Source: Nitrospirota bacterium (GTDB taxonomy: Bacteria; Nitrospirota; Thermodesulfovibrionia; Thermodesulfovibrionales; Dissulfurispiraceae). Taken from it: a stretch of 64,000 nt of DNA. The position numbers and the translations under genes were made by a program. The stretch's first letter is position 1. Each line of letters opens with the position of its first letter. The stretch is from assembly GCA_040754455.1 (NCBI GenBank), contig JBFMCP010000004.1, positions 1-64,000 of the forward strand, given 5' to 3'. Positions 49,768 to 61,898 of the stretch are shown piece after piece. The notes below the pieces were generated by a model. It did not search any database. It saw nothing but the letters and a program-made list of their open reading frames with translations, and was not told where the DNA came from.

Positions 49768-50898
49768 ATGGTAACGCCGGAGTTCGTTAACAAGAAGACG
49801 TGGAATAAGGTGCTCAACTACATTGCCTTAAGCGATGAGCTGCCGCCTTATTTGCTCATGGATAAAGAGATTGTCAGTGAGAAGGTCTCCCTCATCGGTA
49901 AGAACATAAAGAATGCAAAGGTGTTCTATGCGGTCAAGGCTAATCCCGATATCGAGGTGCTCAAGCTGATGAACAGCCTCGGGACGGGCTTTGAAATCGC
50001 TTCCGAAGGTGAGCTGCAGATGCTCGCCTCCATCGGAGTAGCGCCCGATCGCATCATCACCAGCAATCCCATGAAGACCCTTAAATTCCTTGAGCAGGCA
50101 GTGGAGTACGGTGTTACCTATTTTGCCTATGATTCTATGGTAGAGGTGGACAAGCTTGCCCGCTATGCGCGGGGAAGCAATGTCTACGTGCGCCTTTCGG
50201 TGCCGAATGAGGGAAGCGAATGGCCGCTCAGCAAAAAGTTCGGTGTTGAGCTGGACGAGGCGGCGGAACTGCTCACCTATGCGAAGAAGAAAGGACTTAA
50301 TCCTATAGGGATCACCTTTCATGTCGGCTCGCAATGCAACAATGTCTACAACTGGAACTCAGCGGTCGACAAGGCGCGGGAACTGTGGGATACCGCCGAG
50401 CAGAATGGGATAACGCTCAGAATGCTCAATATCGGCGGCGGTTATCCGATCCGTTACACGAAAAACGTTATCGACATCGAGACTATCGAGAAAAAGGTCA
50501 ACAAGGCCATCTACCAGAAATTCCCGGAGGATATCGAGATATTTATCGAGCCGGGGAGGGCGGTGGTCGGTGATGCCGGCATCTTTGTCTCGACCGTTGT
50601 GGGCAAGGCAGCGCGGGGCGATGAGAACTGGCTCTATATCGACGTTGGAGTGTTCAACGGCCTCATGGAGAGCATCGGCGGCATCAAGTATACTTATGTG
50701 GTAGGAAGCAGGAACGACCCGAAGGTCTGGACCATAGCAGGGCCGAGCTGCGACAGCTTTGATGTCATCGATAAGGAGGTAGAGCTGCCGGAGCCCGAGG
50801 TGGGCAACCGTATTCTCATACTCTCAAGCGGTGCCTACACGATTTCCTATGCGTCCGAGTTCAACGGCTTTTCGATTCCGAAGACGATTTTAATATAG
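49768..50898 (+). CDS. fold-type III PLP ornithine/lysine decarboxylase
   Basis: FYAVKAN, KKFG, FHVGSQ, NIGGG, EPGR, GPSCDSFD, GAYT...FNGF. Confidence 0.92.
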   Translation: MVTPEFVNKKTWNKVLNYIALSDELPPYLLMDKEIVSEKVSLIGKNIKNAKVFYAVKANPDIEVLKLMNSLGTGFEIASEGELQMLASIGVAPDRIITSNPMKTLKFLEQAVEYGVTYFAYDSMVEVDKLARYARGSNVYVRLSVPNEGSEWPLSKKFGVELDEAAELLTYAKKKGLNPIGITFHVGSQCNNVYNWNSAVDKARELWDTAEQNGITLRMLNIGGGYPIRYTKNVIDIETIEKKVNKAIYQKFPEDIEIFIEPGRAVVGDAGIFVSTVVGKAARGDENWLYIDVGVFNGLMESIGGIKYTYVVGSRNDPKVWTIAGPSCDSFDVIDKEVELPEPEVGNRILILSSGAYTISYASEFNGFSIPKTILI

Positions 50899-51014
50899 CG
50901 TTATAGCGTTCATCGAGTTGAGCGTTATGGCGTTAAGAATAAATACAAATTCCGTGTTATAGCACGACAAACGCTCCACGCTATGACGCGAGAACGCACT
51001 ATCAGGAGGAGACA

Positions 51015-51851
51015 ATGATCAAGTTTTTCGAGAAGGACCCCTATGCGCCTATACAGTATGTATATGAAGTCGAAGATGTGCTCTACAAGGGGAAGAGCGA
51101 CTTCCAGGAAATCATGGTCATTCAGAACCCCCATTTCGGAAAAATGCTCATCCTCGACGGCGTTGTCCAGATAACGGAGCGGGACGAGCTCTTCTACCAC
51201 GAAATGCTGGTCCATATGGTACTGCACGCCCATCCCGATCCCAGGAAGGTGATCGTCATCGGCGGGGGTGACGGCGGGACGGTCAGAGAAGTCCTGAAGC
51301 ACGATACGGTCGAGAAGGTCTACTTCATCGAGATCGATGAAGAGGTCATCAATGTCTCGAAAAAGTTCTTTCCCACTGTTGCCTGCGGGGTCGACGACCC
51401 GCGTGTCGAGATCAAGTGCATGGACGGTGCCGAGTTCGTCAAAGAGCGCGATGGCGACATTGATGCGATCATTGTCGATTCCACCGACATCATCGGCTTT
51501 GCGAAGAGCCTGTTTACCGTCGAGTTCTTCAAATCGGTAAAGGACGCCCTTACCGATGAGGGCATGTTCGTGACCCTTTCGGAATCCCTTCATTTTCATA
51601 AGGATATCGTAATCGAAGTGCAGGAGGCGATGAAGCTCATCTTCCCCATTGTCGACCTCTATACCGTCCCCATTGCTACATATGCGGGCAACTGGTGGAC
51701 CTTCTCTGCGGCTTCAATGAAGCACGACCTCCGGAAGATGCGTCGCGAGTACAAGATCGATACCCGTTACTACAGTGACGAGATCCACCAACAGGCATTC
51801 CTGCCGCCGAAGATGTACGAGAGGCTCATGCAGCGGAAGCTGCAATGGTAG
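51015..51851 (+). CDS. speE: polyamine aminopropyltransferase (spermidine synthase)
   Basis: LDGVVQ.TERDE..YHEML.H, IGGGDGG, IVDSTD. Confidence 0.93.
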   Translation: MIKFFEKDPYAPIQYVYEVEDVLYKGKSDFQEIMVIQNPHFGKMLILDGVVQITERDELFYHEMLVHMVLHAHPDPRKVIVIGGGDGGTVREVLKHDTVEKVYFIEIDEEVINVSKKFFPTVACGVDDPRVEIKCMDGAEFVKERDGDIDAIIVDSTDIIGFAKSLFTVEFFKSVKDALTDEGMFVTLSESLHFHKDIVIEVQEAMKLIFPIVDLYTVPIATYAGNWWTFSAASMKHDLRKMRREYKIDTRYYSDEIHQQAFLPPKMYERLMQRKLQW

Positions 51852-51856
51852 TCAAC

Positions 51857-51886
51857 TTGACAGGGTATTTGTTTAATTGATAAATT
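51857..51886 (+). promoter_or_regulatory. sigma70 promoter of the hrcA-grpE-dnaK-dnaJ operon
   Basis: TTGACA at 51857, TGn-TAAATT at 51878-51886, directly before CIRCE. Confidence 0.65.
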
Positions 51887-51887
51887 A

Positions 51888-51914
51888 TTAGCACTCTAAC
51901 AGTGAGAGTGCTAA
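51888..51914. promoter_or_regulatory. CIRCE element (HrcA operator)
   Basis: Perfect TTAGCACTC-N9-GAGTGCTAA. Confidence 0.98.
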
Positions 51915-51928
51915 AGAGGTGTAGGTCT

Positions 51929-52978
51929 ATGTCTTCTGATATGCTTGATGGAAGGAGTAAAGATATCCTTTATGCCGTAGTGGAGAGCTATATCAGCACC
52001 CCCGAGCCGGTAGGCTCACGTTTCATCACGAAAAAGTATCCTTTTGGATTCTCATCGGCTACAATTAGAAATATAATGGCGGATCTTGAGGATCTCGGCT
52101 TCCTGATCCAGCCCCACACTTCTGCCGGAAGGGTTCCGACCGACAAAGGGTATCGTTTCTTTGTCGATGCCCTGCTCCATAAAGAAAGGGATTCGGGCCA
52201 GCAGGAGGTGCCGCGCGAGTTCGCAAAGCAGTTTACCCATAAACTGGAACGGATAAAAACCAATATGAATGCAATGTTTTCCGAGGTAACCAATACCCTT
52301 TCCATGATGTCGAACTACGTGGGTGTTGCCATGCCCCCCAAGTCCGAAAAGAGCACGCTCAAGAGGCTGGACCTCATGAAGTACAAGGGATCGAGCGTTG
52401 TCGCCATTTTACTGACCGATGAGGGGATCATAAAGAACAGGGTGCTGAACGTGCATGCAGACCTCGCCCAGGAGGACCTTACCAGGATTGCCGAATATCT
52501 CAACGCGGAGTACGCGGGCAGCACGCTCGACGAAATAAAGAGCTCGCTGATAAAGCGTATGAAGCACGAAAAGGCTCTCTGGGACAAGCTCATTGCAAAG
52601 GCGATGGAGATCTGCGAGCAGGCTCTCTCCTTCGGTGAGGACGATATCTTCGTATCGAATCTCTACGATGTCATGGATCTGCCCGACTTTTCCAACATTG
52701 CGCGGATCAAGGAGCTTTCCCGCGCCATCAAGGACAAACATATGATCGTGAGTCTCCTCGATGACTTCATCGAAGCGGACGGTGTGAATGTCGTCATCGG
52801 TGATGAAAATCCGATTGAGGATCTGAGGCGGTTGAGCGTCGTCTCCTCCACCTACAAGGAAGGGGACCGTCCGATGGGTGTCATTGCATTGATCGGTCCG
52901 ACGAGAATGGACTATGCAAAGGCCATTTTTATGGTCGATGCAGTGGCAAAATGCGTAAGCAGAACATTCGAGAGCTAG
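51929..52978 (+). CDS. hrcA: heat-inducible transcription repressor
   Basis: EPVGS, SSATIRNIMADLE, QPHTSAGRVPTDKGYR, IGPTRMDY. Confidence 0.97.
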   Translation: MSSDMLDGRSKDILYAVVESYISTPEPVGSRFITKKYPFGFSSATIRNIMADLEDLGFLIQPHTSAGRVPTDKGYRFFVDALLHKERDSGQQEVPREFAKQFTHKLERIKTNMNAMFSEVTNTLSMMSNYVGVAMPPKSEKSTLKRLDLMKYKGSSVVAILLTDEGIIKNRVLNVHADLAQEDLTRIAEYLNAEYAGSTLDEIKSSLIKRMKHEKALWDKLIAKAMEICEQALSFGEDDIFVSNLYDVMDLPDFSNIARIKELSRAIKDKHMIVSLLDDFIEADGVNVVIGDENPIEDLRRLSVVSSTYKEGDRPMGVIALIGPTRMDYAKAIFMVDAVAKCVSRTFES

Positions 52979-52992
52979 GATAGTCAGGGAGG

Positions 52993-53565
52993 ATGGATAT
53001 GGCTGAGAAAGATCAGGCGACAGAGACCGCAGAGAGCACCCCGGGCAAACCCGAAGAGCTCGGGGTCTCGCCGGAGCTCGAGGATAAGGTGACGGAAACG
53101 GTTGAGCATATACAGGCAGAGCTTGAGGAGATGAAAGACAAGTATCTCAGGCTCTATGCGGATTTTGACAATTACCGGAAGAAAGTCCAGAAGGACAAAG
53201 AGGAGCTGGTAAGGTATGCGAACGAATCGCTGGTCTACGAGCTCCTTCCCGTTATTGACAATCTCGAAATGGCGCTGAAGCATACTGCCGAGGGTAATTC
53301 CGAGGCCTTGCAGGCGCTCGCCAAGGGTGTGGAAAACACCCTCAGGGAATTGAACAGGACTCTTGAGAAGTTCGGTGTAATACCGATCGAGGCGCAGAAT
53401 AAGGCCTTTGATCCCGCCTACCATCATGCAATGCAGCAGGTCGAGCGGTCTGATGTGGAGAGCAACACCGTGGTGGAAGAGTTCAGAAAAGGCTATCTGT
53501 TCAAAGACAAAGTCTTGCGGCCTTCTCTTGTCGTTGTCTCGAAGAAACCGGACGGCAATCAATAA
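52993..53565 (+). CDS. grpE: nucleotide exchange factor GrpE
   Basis: ADFDNYRK, LLPVIDNLE, FDPAYHHA, GY...VLRPSLVVV. Confidence 0.96.
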   Translation: MDMAEKDQATETAESTPGKPEELGVSPELEDKVTETVEHIQAELEEMKDKYLRLYADFDNYRKKVQKDKEELVRYANESLVYELLPVIDNLEMALKHTAEGNSEALQALAKGVENTLRELNRTLEKFGVIPIEAQNKAFDPAYHHAMQQVERSDVESNTVVEEFRKGYLFKDKVLRPSLVVVSKKPDGNQ

Positions 53566-53608
53566 AATACCATCTGAAAAAATTACCTGTTAAGGCAAGG
53601 AGGATGAA

Positions 53609-55522
53609 ATGGGAAAGGCGATAGGCATAGATCTCGGCACGACGAACTCGGTAGTTGCGGTGGTAATGGGTGGAGAGCCGGTAGTTATTCCGAACCAGGA
53701 GGGGAACCGGACAACCCCGTCCGTTGTCGCTTTTACCGATAAAGGAGAGCGGCTTGTCGGCCAGATCGCCAAGCGGCAGGCGATCACCAATCCTGAGAAT
53801 ACCATTTTTTCGATAAAGAGGCTTATGGGAAGGAAGTACAACTCCCCCGAAGTGGAACATGCAAAGAAGCGGCTCCCCTACAAGATCGTCGAGGCGCCGA
53901 ACGGCGATGCCCATGTCGAGATACGGGGGAAACGGTATTCTCCTCCCGAGATTTCCGCGATGATCCTCCAAAAGCTGAAACAGGCGGCAGAAGATTACCT
54001 CGGCGAGCCGGTTACCGACGCGGTGATCACAGTCCCTGCCTATTTCGATGACAGCCAGCGGCAGGCGACCAAGGATGCGGGCCAGATTGCGGGCCTCAAT
54101 GTACTGAGAATCATCAACGAGCCGACTGCTGCAGCCCTTGCCTACGGTCTCGAAAAGAAGAAAGAGGAAGAGGTCGCGGTCTATGACCTCGGCGGCGGTA
54201 CGTTCGACATCTCGATCCTCGAAATCGGTGAGGGCGTCATCGAGGTGCGGGCTACCAACGGTGATACGTATCTCGGCGGCGATGACTTCGATCTGCGGGT
54301 CATGGATTGGCTGGTGGACGAATTCAAGAAGGAGCAGGGCATTGATCTCAGGAACGACAAGATGGCGCTCCAGAGGCTCAAGGAGGCTGCGGAAAGGGCT
54401 AAGATAGAGCTCTCTACTGCATCGGAAACGGAGATCAACCTTCCCTTTATTACCGCCGATGCGACGGGACCGAAGCACCTGCTCATGAAACTCTCGAGAT
54501 CCAAATTCGAGCAGCTCACCGACGACCTCATGCAGAAGACCATAGAGCCCTGCAAGAGGGCGCTCGCCGATGCAAAGTACTCGCAGTCCGATATCGATGA
54601 GGTGATTCTCGTCGGAGGACAGACGAGGACGCCCAAGGTGCAGCAGATCGTCCAGGGATACTTCGGAAAAGAGCCGAACAAGTCGGTCAACCCTGATGAA
54701 GTGGTCGCCGTCGGCGCAGCAATACAGGGTGCAGTGCTCAAGGGAGAGGTGAAAGAGGTGCTGCTGCTGGATGTCACGCCTCTCTCGCTCGGTATCGAGA
54801 CGCTCGGCGGCATCTTCACCAAGATCATCGAGAGGAACACGACCATTCCTACCAAGAAATCGCAGATATTCTCCACGGCATCGGACAACCAGCCGGCGGT
54901 CACCATAAAGATTTATCAGGGAGAGCGCGAGATGGCTGCTGACAATAAGCTGCTCGGTGTCTTCGAGCTTGTCGGGATCCCCCCTGCACCCAGAGGCGTG
55001 CCGCAGATCGAGGTTACCTTCGACATCGACGCCAACGGCATCCTCCATGTCTCCGCAAAGGACCTTGGCACTGGCAAGGAGCAGTCCATACGGATTACCG
55101 CATCGAGCGGGCTTTCGGATGAAGAGGTAAAGAGGATGATGCGCGATGCAGAGGCACATGCGGAAGAAGACAGAAAGAGAAAAGAGCTCATCGAGGCGAA
55201 GAATCAGGCCGATACGCTGATTTACTCTGTCGAGAAATCGCTCAAAGAGTACGGCGACAAGGTTACCGAGACGGAGAAAAAAGAGATCGAAGCAGCCCTC
55301 GAGAAGTGCAGGAAGGCCAAAGACACGGGAACGACTGCCGACGAAGTGCGCTCAGCGATGGATGAGCTTACCAGGGCATCACATAAGATAGCCGAGCATA
55401 TCTACAAGGCTGCACAGGAACAGCAGGCCGGTGCAGGGGCTGCGGGGGCCGGCGCAAAGGCCAAGTCTCCTGAAGAAGAAGTAGTAGAAGCAGAATTTGA
55501 AGATGTGGATAAAAACAAATAG
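53609..55522 (+). CDS. dnaK: chaperone DnaK
   Basis: [28 protein letters not shown]. Confidence 0.99.
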   Translation: MGKAIGIDLGTTNSVVAVVMGGEPVVIPNQEGNRTTPSVVAFTDKGERLVGQIAKRQAITNPENTIFSIKRLMGRKYNSPEVEHAKKRLPYKIVEAPNGDAHVEIRGKRYSPPEISAMILQKLKQAAEDYLGEPVTDAVITVPAYFDDSQRQATKDAGQIAGLNVLRIINEPTAAALAYGLEKKKEEEVAVYDLGGGTFDISILEIGEGVIEVRATNGDTYLGGDDFDLRVMDWLVDEFKKEQGIDLRNDKMALQRLKEAAERAKIELSTASETEINLPFITADATGPKHLLMKLSRSKFEQLTDDLMQKTIEPCKRALADAKYSQSDIDEVILVGGQTRTPKVQQIVQGYFGKEPNKSVNPDEVVAVGAAIQGAVLKGEVKEVLLLDVTPLSLGIETLGGIFTKIIERNTTIPTKKSQIFSTASDNQPAVTIKIYQGEREMAADNKLLGVFELVGIPPAPRGVPQIEVTFDIDANGILHVSAKDLGTGKEQSIRITASSGLSDEEVKRMMRDAEAHAEEDRKRKELIEAKNQADTLIYSVEKSLKEYGDKVTETEKKEIEAALEKCRKAKDTGTTADEVRSAMDELTRASHKIAEHIYKAAQEQQAGAGAAGAGAKAKSPEEEVVEAEFEDVDKNK

Positions 55523-55524
55523 TG

Positions 55525-56643
55525 ATGAAAGATTATTATAAGGTCCTGGGCGTAGACCGTTCGGCAACACAGGAAGAGATAAAAAAGGTTTTTCGGCAGC
55601 TCGCTTTAAAATATCACCCTGACCGGAATCAGGGCGACAAGGAGGCGGAAGAGAAATTCAAGGAGATCAACGAGGCCTATTCCTGCATCGGTGATCCTGA
55701 AAAGCGCGCCCACTATGATCGCTACGGTACTGCGGAGGGCTTCGGTGCAGGCGCCGGCGCCGGGTTCGGCGGCTTTGGTGCAGGCGCTCCCTTCAGCGAT
55801 ATTTTCGAAGATATCTTCGACGATTTCTTCGGCGCTTTCGGAGGGGGCGGGGCTAAGAGGGCGAGGGCGACCAAAGGCGCCGATTTGCGGTACAACATGA
55901 CCATTACCCTCGAAGAGTGCGCTTTCGGTACTGAAAAGGAAATAAAGATCCCTCGTTGGCAGTCGTGCGATGTCTGCAGCGGCTCCGGCGCAGAGCCGGG
56001 CAAGCCGCCGGTCACCTGCAGCCAGTGCAAGGGAACAGGACACATCCGGTTTCAGCAGGGTTTCTTCAGTGTCTCAAAGACCTGCGGCAAATGCCAGGGC
56101 ACGGGCAAGATCATCACCGATCCGTGCCATGCCTGTAAAGGCAACGGGAAAATAAAAGTTCAGAGAGAAGTGTTAGTAAAGATCCCTGCCGGTGTCGACA
56201 ACGGCTCGCGTCTGAGAATGACCGGCGAGGGAGACTTCGGCAGCTATGGCGGCCCTCCGGGTGATCTCTACATTGTGCTCACGGTTGAAGAGCATCCTTT
56301 CTTCAAACGCGAGGGGATGGATGTCCTTTGCCAGATGCCGCTCTCGTTCCCCAAAGCGGTATTTGGGGGGGAGGTCGAGGTGCCCACACTCAACGGGCCG
56401 GCAAAGCTCAGGATCCCTCCGGGAACACCCTCGGGGAAGTCTTTTCACCTTAAAGGCAGAGGGATACCGAAGCTCGGCAGCCACTATCGGGGAGATCAGA
56501 TCGTGAGTGTCTACATCGATGTGCCCAAAAAGCTCACCCCGCGTCAGAAGGAGCTGCTCGAGGAGTTTGCCAGTATCGGCGACGAGACGCATGATGAGGC
56601 GAAGGGGTTCAAGAGCAAGCTGAAAGACCTCTTCTCAATGTGA
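55525..56643 (+). CDS. dnaJ: chaperone DnaJ
   Basis: HPD motif, G/F region, four CxxCxGxG repeats. Confidence 0.98.
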   Translation: MKDYYKVLGVDRSATQEEIKKVFRQLALKYHPDRNQGDKEAEEKFKEINEAYSCIGDPEKRAHYDRYGTAEGFGAGAGAGFGGFGAGAPFSDIFEDIFDDFFGAFGGGGAKRARATKGADLRYNMTITLEECAFGTEKEIKIPRWQSCDVCSGSGAEPGKPPVTCSQCKGTGHIRFQQGFFSVSKTCGKCQGTGKIITDPCHACKGNGKIKVQREVLVKIPAGVDNGSRLRMTGEGDFGSYGGPPGDLYIVLTVEEHPFFKREGMDVLCQMPLSFPKAVFGGEVEVPTLNGPAKLRIPPGTPSGKSFHLKGRGIPKLGSHYRGDQIVSVYIDVPKKLTPRQKELLEEFASIGDETHDEAKGFKSKLKDLFSM

Positions 56644-56686
56644 GAGCCCTCCCGCATATCTCAATTCTGAATACCTCTGATTATCG

Positions 56687-57457
56687 ATGAGAATATTCAT
56701 AGCCCCGGAACATATCCAGCGGCAGCACGATATCAAAGTCCCTGCAGATAAAGCCCACTATATTATCTCCGTGCTCAGGAGCAGAGTAGGCGACCCCATC
56801 GAGATTATCGATGGCAGAGGAAAGGCCTTTGAGGCGATTATCACCGGCATAACGAGAAGGGATGTTGTGGTCGACCTGCGGAGAGAGCTTCCTGCAAATG
56901 CCGAATCGCCGGCTTACCTCGTCCTCTGCCAGGGGATGCTGAAGGGCGAGAAGATGGACCTCGTAGTGCAGAAGGCGACCGAGCTGGGTACGAAGGAAAT
57001 CATTCCTCTTATCACCGAACGCTGTATCGTAAGGGCCACGCGAAAAGTACAGCGCTGGAGCACCATTGCCGAAGAGGCCGCGGAGCAGTGCGGCAGGGCG
57101 TTTATTCCGATAGTGCATGAGCCGGAGGAGTTGAACTCTTGGCTCATGGCACACAGCTCATCACAGTTAAAGGGCTTTATCTTTTGGGAGGAGGGAGGCG
57201 TGCCATTACGCGAAGCGTTTCAAAAGGTGTCCGACTACCTGATTCTCCCATCCACCCATTCACCCATTCACCTTATCATCGGTCCTGAAGGAGGGCTCAC
57301 TGCCGCTGAAATCAAGAGTGCGGAAGCGAGAGGGCTCATAAGGACATCGCTTGGCAGCCGCACGCTCCGCGCTGAAACAGCGGCGATTGTTTCGATGGCA
57401 CTGGTACAGTTTCTTGTCGAGAATAGAGAGAAGTTACCAGTGACAAATGGCCAGTGA
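56687..57457 (+). CDS. rsmE: 16S rRNA m3U1498 methyltransferase
   Basis: QKATELG, EAAEQCGR, IGPEGG, LRAETA. Confidence 0.95.
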   Translation: MRIFIAPEHIQRQHDIKVPADKAHYIISVLRSRVGDPIEIIDGRGKAFEAIITGITRRDVVVDLRRELPANAESPAYLVLCQGMLKGEKMDLVVQKATELGTKEIIPLITERCIVRATRKVQRWSTIAEEAAEQCGRAFIPIVHEPEELNSWLMAHSSSQLKGFIFWEEGGVPLREAFQKVSDYLILPSTHSPIHLIIGPEGGLTAAEIKSAEARGLIRTSLGSRTLRAETAAIVSMALVQFLVENREKLPVTNGQ

Positions 57458-57475
57458 TTATCGCTATAATCAGGT

Positions 57476-58789
57476 ATGGCTGAGCGTAACGAGTCCCCCC
57501 TCAGGAATCATAGCTATCTCCTCATTCTTTTGATTGCCGCAACCGTCATTGTCGCCACCAGCACGGTTCTGAACTATCGGAGTGCGGTATCCACCGCAGG
57601 AGATTCCCTGAGGCTTCAGGCCTTCGGCATTGCTGTCAGCCTTGAAGCATCGCTTAAAGACCGCAGCGGACTGCCTGTAGTGGACAGTAAGCTGCCGGCG
57701 CCCGGCAATAGAAACAACCTCTTCAAAGATATTATTGCAGAAGGGAACTGGGAAGGAATTGCCTTTATTGCGCTTTATGACCGTGAAGGGATGACGCTTC
57801 TCCACTCGAATGAGAATCTTATCGGCAGGCGCATCACTGATGCAACCATCAGGAGCGTTGCAGCAAGCGGCAGCCCTGCGCATGGCTATTTCACTCTGGG
57901 GACCGGTGAAAGGGTTTTTATTCTTGATTTTCCTGTCCATCTTCAGAATTCCGTAGGCATTCTCAGGCTGTCCCTCCATACCTATCCTGTAGAGCGTAGT
58001 GTGCGACAGGCACGATTTCAGCTTGCAAGTATTACATTCATCATCGGTATTCTATGGGGTATGGGATTTTTTTTCATAAGAGCGGTCAAGCGTTCCGAAG
58101 AGCTGAAAAAGGCAATGGCTGAAAGAGAGCGGCTCGCCGTACTGGGGGGAATGGCCTCGGTGCTCGCCCATGAGATACGGAATCCGCTCGGCAGCATAAA
58201 GGGGTTCGCTCAATATCTCAGAGAAGGCAAACGCCAGGAGCAGGATAATAAGGAATACCTCGATATCATCGTGTCCGAATCGGAGCGGCTCGAGGCGCTG
58301 ACCGAGGATCTCCTCCTCTACGCAAAGCCGGTGGAGATAAAGGCGGAAGCGTTCGATCTCAATAATCTTATAGGTGAAGTGGTGCGGATGGTGCAGGGCT
58401 GTAGCGAGGGTAAACCGGGTCTTACCGTGCAGCAGTCTGCTGCGCCTGCATTACTGATGAAGTCGGATAAGGATAGGCTCAGGCAGGTGCTGCTGAACAT
58501 CATGCAGAATGCTGCCGATGCAGTGGAAGGTTCAGGGATGGTTGCGATAAGCACCCAGGGTGCGGGAGATAGGATAATAATAACCATAAAGGATAACGGC
58601 TGCGGCATGGATAAAGAGACAAAGGAGAAAGCCTTCACACCCTTCTACACGACAAAGACTCGCGGTACGGGCCTGGGCCTTGCCATTGTCGATAAATTGG
58701 TGAAAGCGCTCGACGGCACGATAGAGGTGGAAAGCGAATACGGGAAAGGAACGGAGTTCAGAATTACTTTGCCGAGGAATCTTATATAA
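57476..58789 (+). CDS. sensor histidine kinase (ZraS-like)
   Basis: Two TM segments, AHEIRNPL, NIMQNA, DNGCG, GTGLGL. Confidence 0.93.
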   Translation: MAERNESPLRNHSYLLILLIAATVIVATSTVLNYRSAVSTAGDSLRLQAFGIAVSLEASLKDRSGLPVVDSKLPAPGNRNNLFKDIIAEGNWEGIAFIALYDREGMTLLHSNENLIGRRITDATIRSVAASGSPAHGYFTLGTGERVFILDFPVHLQNSVGILRLSLHTYPVERSVRQARFQLASITFIIGILWGMGFFFIRAVKRSEELKKAMAERERLAVLGGMASVLAHEIRNPLGSIKGFAQYLREGKRQEQDNKEYLDIIVSESERLEALTEDLLLYAKPVEIKAEAFDLNNLIGEVVRMVQGCSEGKPGLTVQQSAAPALLMKSDKDRLRQVLLNIMQNAADAVEGSGMVAISTQGAGDRIIITIKDNGCGMDKETKEKAFTPFYTTKTRGTGLGLAIVDKLVKALDGTIEVESEYGKGTEFRITLPRNLI

Positions 58790-58832
58790 TAAAAACGGTG
58801 GATAAGCTTGCAATGGCACCATAAGAAAGGTT

Positions 58833-60149
<1,317 letters not shown>

Positions 60150-60155
<6 letters not shown>

Positions 60156-60311
60156 TCTTATGGTTGGGAAGGAGGCACCAAAAGGAAATAAAGTTTCCGT
60201 ATTGCCCCACGCTTGTGAGCCGAACAAGACAACCTGCACAAGTCTGTCGCCATAAAGTTCTTTCAGCTTATGCCGCACCTCACCTCTCACCAGCTCGATC
60301 GAGGAATCCAT
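60150..60311 (-). pseudogene. truncated minimal nucleotidyltransferase (MNT) gene
   Basis: GGAGGGAGG RBS, then MDSSIELVRGEVRHKLKELYGDRLVQVVLFGSQAWG; resemblance lost before the DxD motif; 53 aa. Confidence 0.65.
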
Positions 60312-60466
60312 AACCTCCCTCCTTCAGAGTCTTTCGCAACACTATACACATTATGCCATTTGTATGATCACAGCGGAAAAGGGCTGAAAAAAGGGGGTGT
60401 TTGGTATAAAATGATGTACTGGATAATTCAATTAAGGCATTTTGCGGCATGGGGGAGCAGCATATC

Positions 60467-60593
60467 ATGGGTTCTAAAAAGCGTTGACGGTTAGAGGAAA
60501 AACGGCGAAATTTACAGTCATATACGCAAAAAATGGCTTGTTGAAACGCCAGAAGAACATGTCCGTCAGGAATATCTTTGTTTTCTACTATAG
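60467..60593 (+). pseudogene. remnant of an HsdR N-terminal-like domain (restriction-modification gene start)
   Basis: 60501-60593 reads NGEIYSHIRKKWLVETPEEHVRQEYLCFLL*; upstream ATG is out of frame. Confidence 0.65.
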
Positions 60594-60721
60594 CTTGTTC
60601 GAGAGGAGGGATGGACTTTTTAATTTAACTCCGGTTGTCTGAAAGAAAATGGGACGGGAATATTATTTTGATTTTGGATAAGACTTTCGGGAAGGAATTG
60701 GGAGAAAGGAGAACCAAAAAC

Positions 60722-61069
60722 ATGTCGCTGCCGGTTTTAGTGAAAACGCTTGTAGAAAAGAAAATCGGTGCATACTGTAAGAGAAGGGTGCCGACATATG
60801 CGGCGGATAAAGTGAATCTTTCCTATAAAATACGCGGCAATAGTGTCACTCTCTTTGAGAACAGGGCACCGTGGCATCCTGACATGAAAGAGTGGACATC
60901 CATGGCGATTGCACAGATAAGATATGACAATGCAACCGGCACATGGACGCTTTATTGCGCAGACAGAAACGATAGATGGCATGAATACCGGGATATGGAG
61001 CCGACGAAAAATTTAGACGAAATATTGAAGGAGATAGATAAAGACCCTACAGGCATATTCTGGGGTTAA
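60722..61069 (+). CDS. DUF3024-like protein
   Basis: RGNSVTLFENRAPW, IAQIRY, WTLYCADRN.RW, EIDKDPTGIFWG; AAGGAG RBS. Confidence 0.85.
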   Translation: MSLPVLVKTLVEKKIGAYCKRRVPTYAADKVNLSYKIRGNSVTLFENRAPWHPDMKEWTSMAIAQIRYDNATGTWTLYCADRNDRWHEYRDMEPTKNLDEILKEIDKDPTGIFWG

Positions 61070-61233
61070 TTTTTCATTGAAAACTCATTGATCCAGGTGA
61101 TACCCTCCTCCTTTCTGAACGTGGCAAACTGCCGCTTCGCATACAAAGGGTTGAGGTAACTTGGCAGGGAAAAGAATGAGAGCGTTTTGGGAGCCCAACA
61201 TGTCGATCACGGATGTAACGAGTAAAGGCCACG

Positions 61234-61266
61234 TGCAAATATTGCATCGGGAGTGCAAAAATTGCA
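61234..61266. promoter_or_regulatory. tandem enhancer-binding-protein sites
   Basis: TGCAAATATTGCA and TGCAAAAATTGCA, 20 bp apart, about 125-155 bp upstream of a sigma54 promoter. Confidence 0.7.
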
Positions 61267-61388
61267 TTTGAAGCAGGCGCGAGGTCATGGGTATAGGTCA
61301 TGGGCAAGCTGATAGAATCCCCGGAGAATATGGATTTTCAGCCTGCTTCCTATAACCCAACCCCATTGCCTATCACCCATTCTCCGCA

Positions 61389-61404
61389 TGGCACGGCACT
61401 TGCT
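61389..61404 (+). promoter_or_regulatory. sigma54 -24/-12 promoter
   Basis: TGGCAC-GGCAC-TTGCT. Confidence 0.88.
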
Positions 61405-61452
61405 TTTATCCGGGGAGGAAGTGAAAACCGATGTGGAGAAGGAGGTGAGATA

Positions 61453-61869
61453 ATGAGAAAGGCAGTAATCGCGAGCCTTGCAGTGATTCTGGTCGCGGCA
61501 GTCGTTACCGGTGCTATGGCCATTGGCCCTGGATACGGCAGGGGTATGATGGGCATGGGGCCTGGCTTCGGTGCAGGGGCGAACCTTACTCCTGAGCAGG
61601 TCCAGAAGTTTGAGCAGTTCCAGAAAGAAGTTGCACCTCTTCGCGAACAGATGTTCAAGCTGAGGACAGAAATGATGACCCTCAGGTCACAGGCAAACCC
61701 TGACTGGAAAGCTATTGCCGATAAGCAGAAGGCAATGGTTGATGTCAGGATGGAGATCTGGAAAAAGGCAGCAGATGCCGGTGTCGGACCCGGACAGTGC
61801 GGGTGCGGTATGAACATGGGCGCCAGAGGCCAGGGCCGTATGATGGGCATGGGCAGAATGGCTATGTAA
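61453..61869 (+). CDS. Spy/CpxP/ZraP-like periplasmic protein
   Basis: Signal peptide, G/M-rich segments, LTPEQ motif, helical core; GGAGGTG RBS. Confidence 0.82.
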   Translation: MRKAVIASLAVILVAAVVTGAMAIGPGYGRGMMGMGPGFGAGANLTPEQVQKFEQFQKEVAPLREQMFKLRTEMMTLRSQANPDWKAIADKQKAMVDVRMEIWKKAADAGVGPGQCGCGMNMGARGQGRMMGMGRMAM

Positions 61870-61898
61870 TAAGAATCTATTTCAGTAGGCAGGTGATC

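Noticed and set aside
53501..55159. 552-aa antisense ORF opposite dnaK
   Set aside because: Typical antisense shadow of a conserved gene with biased codon usage
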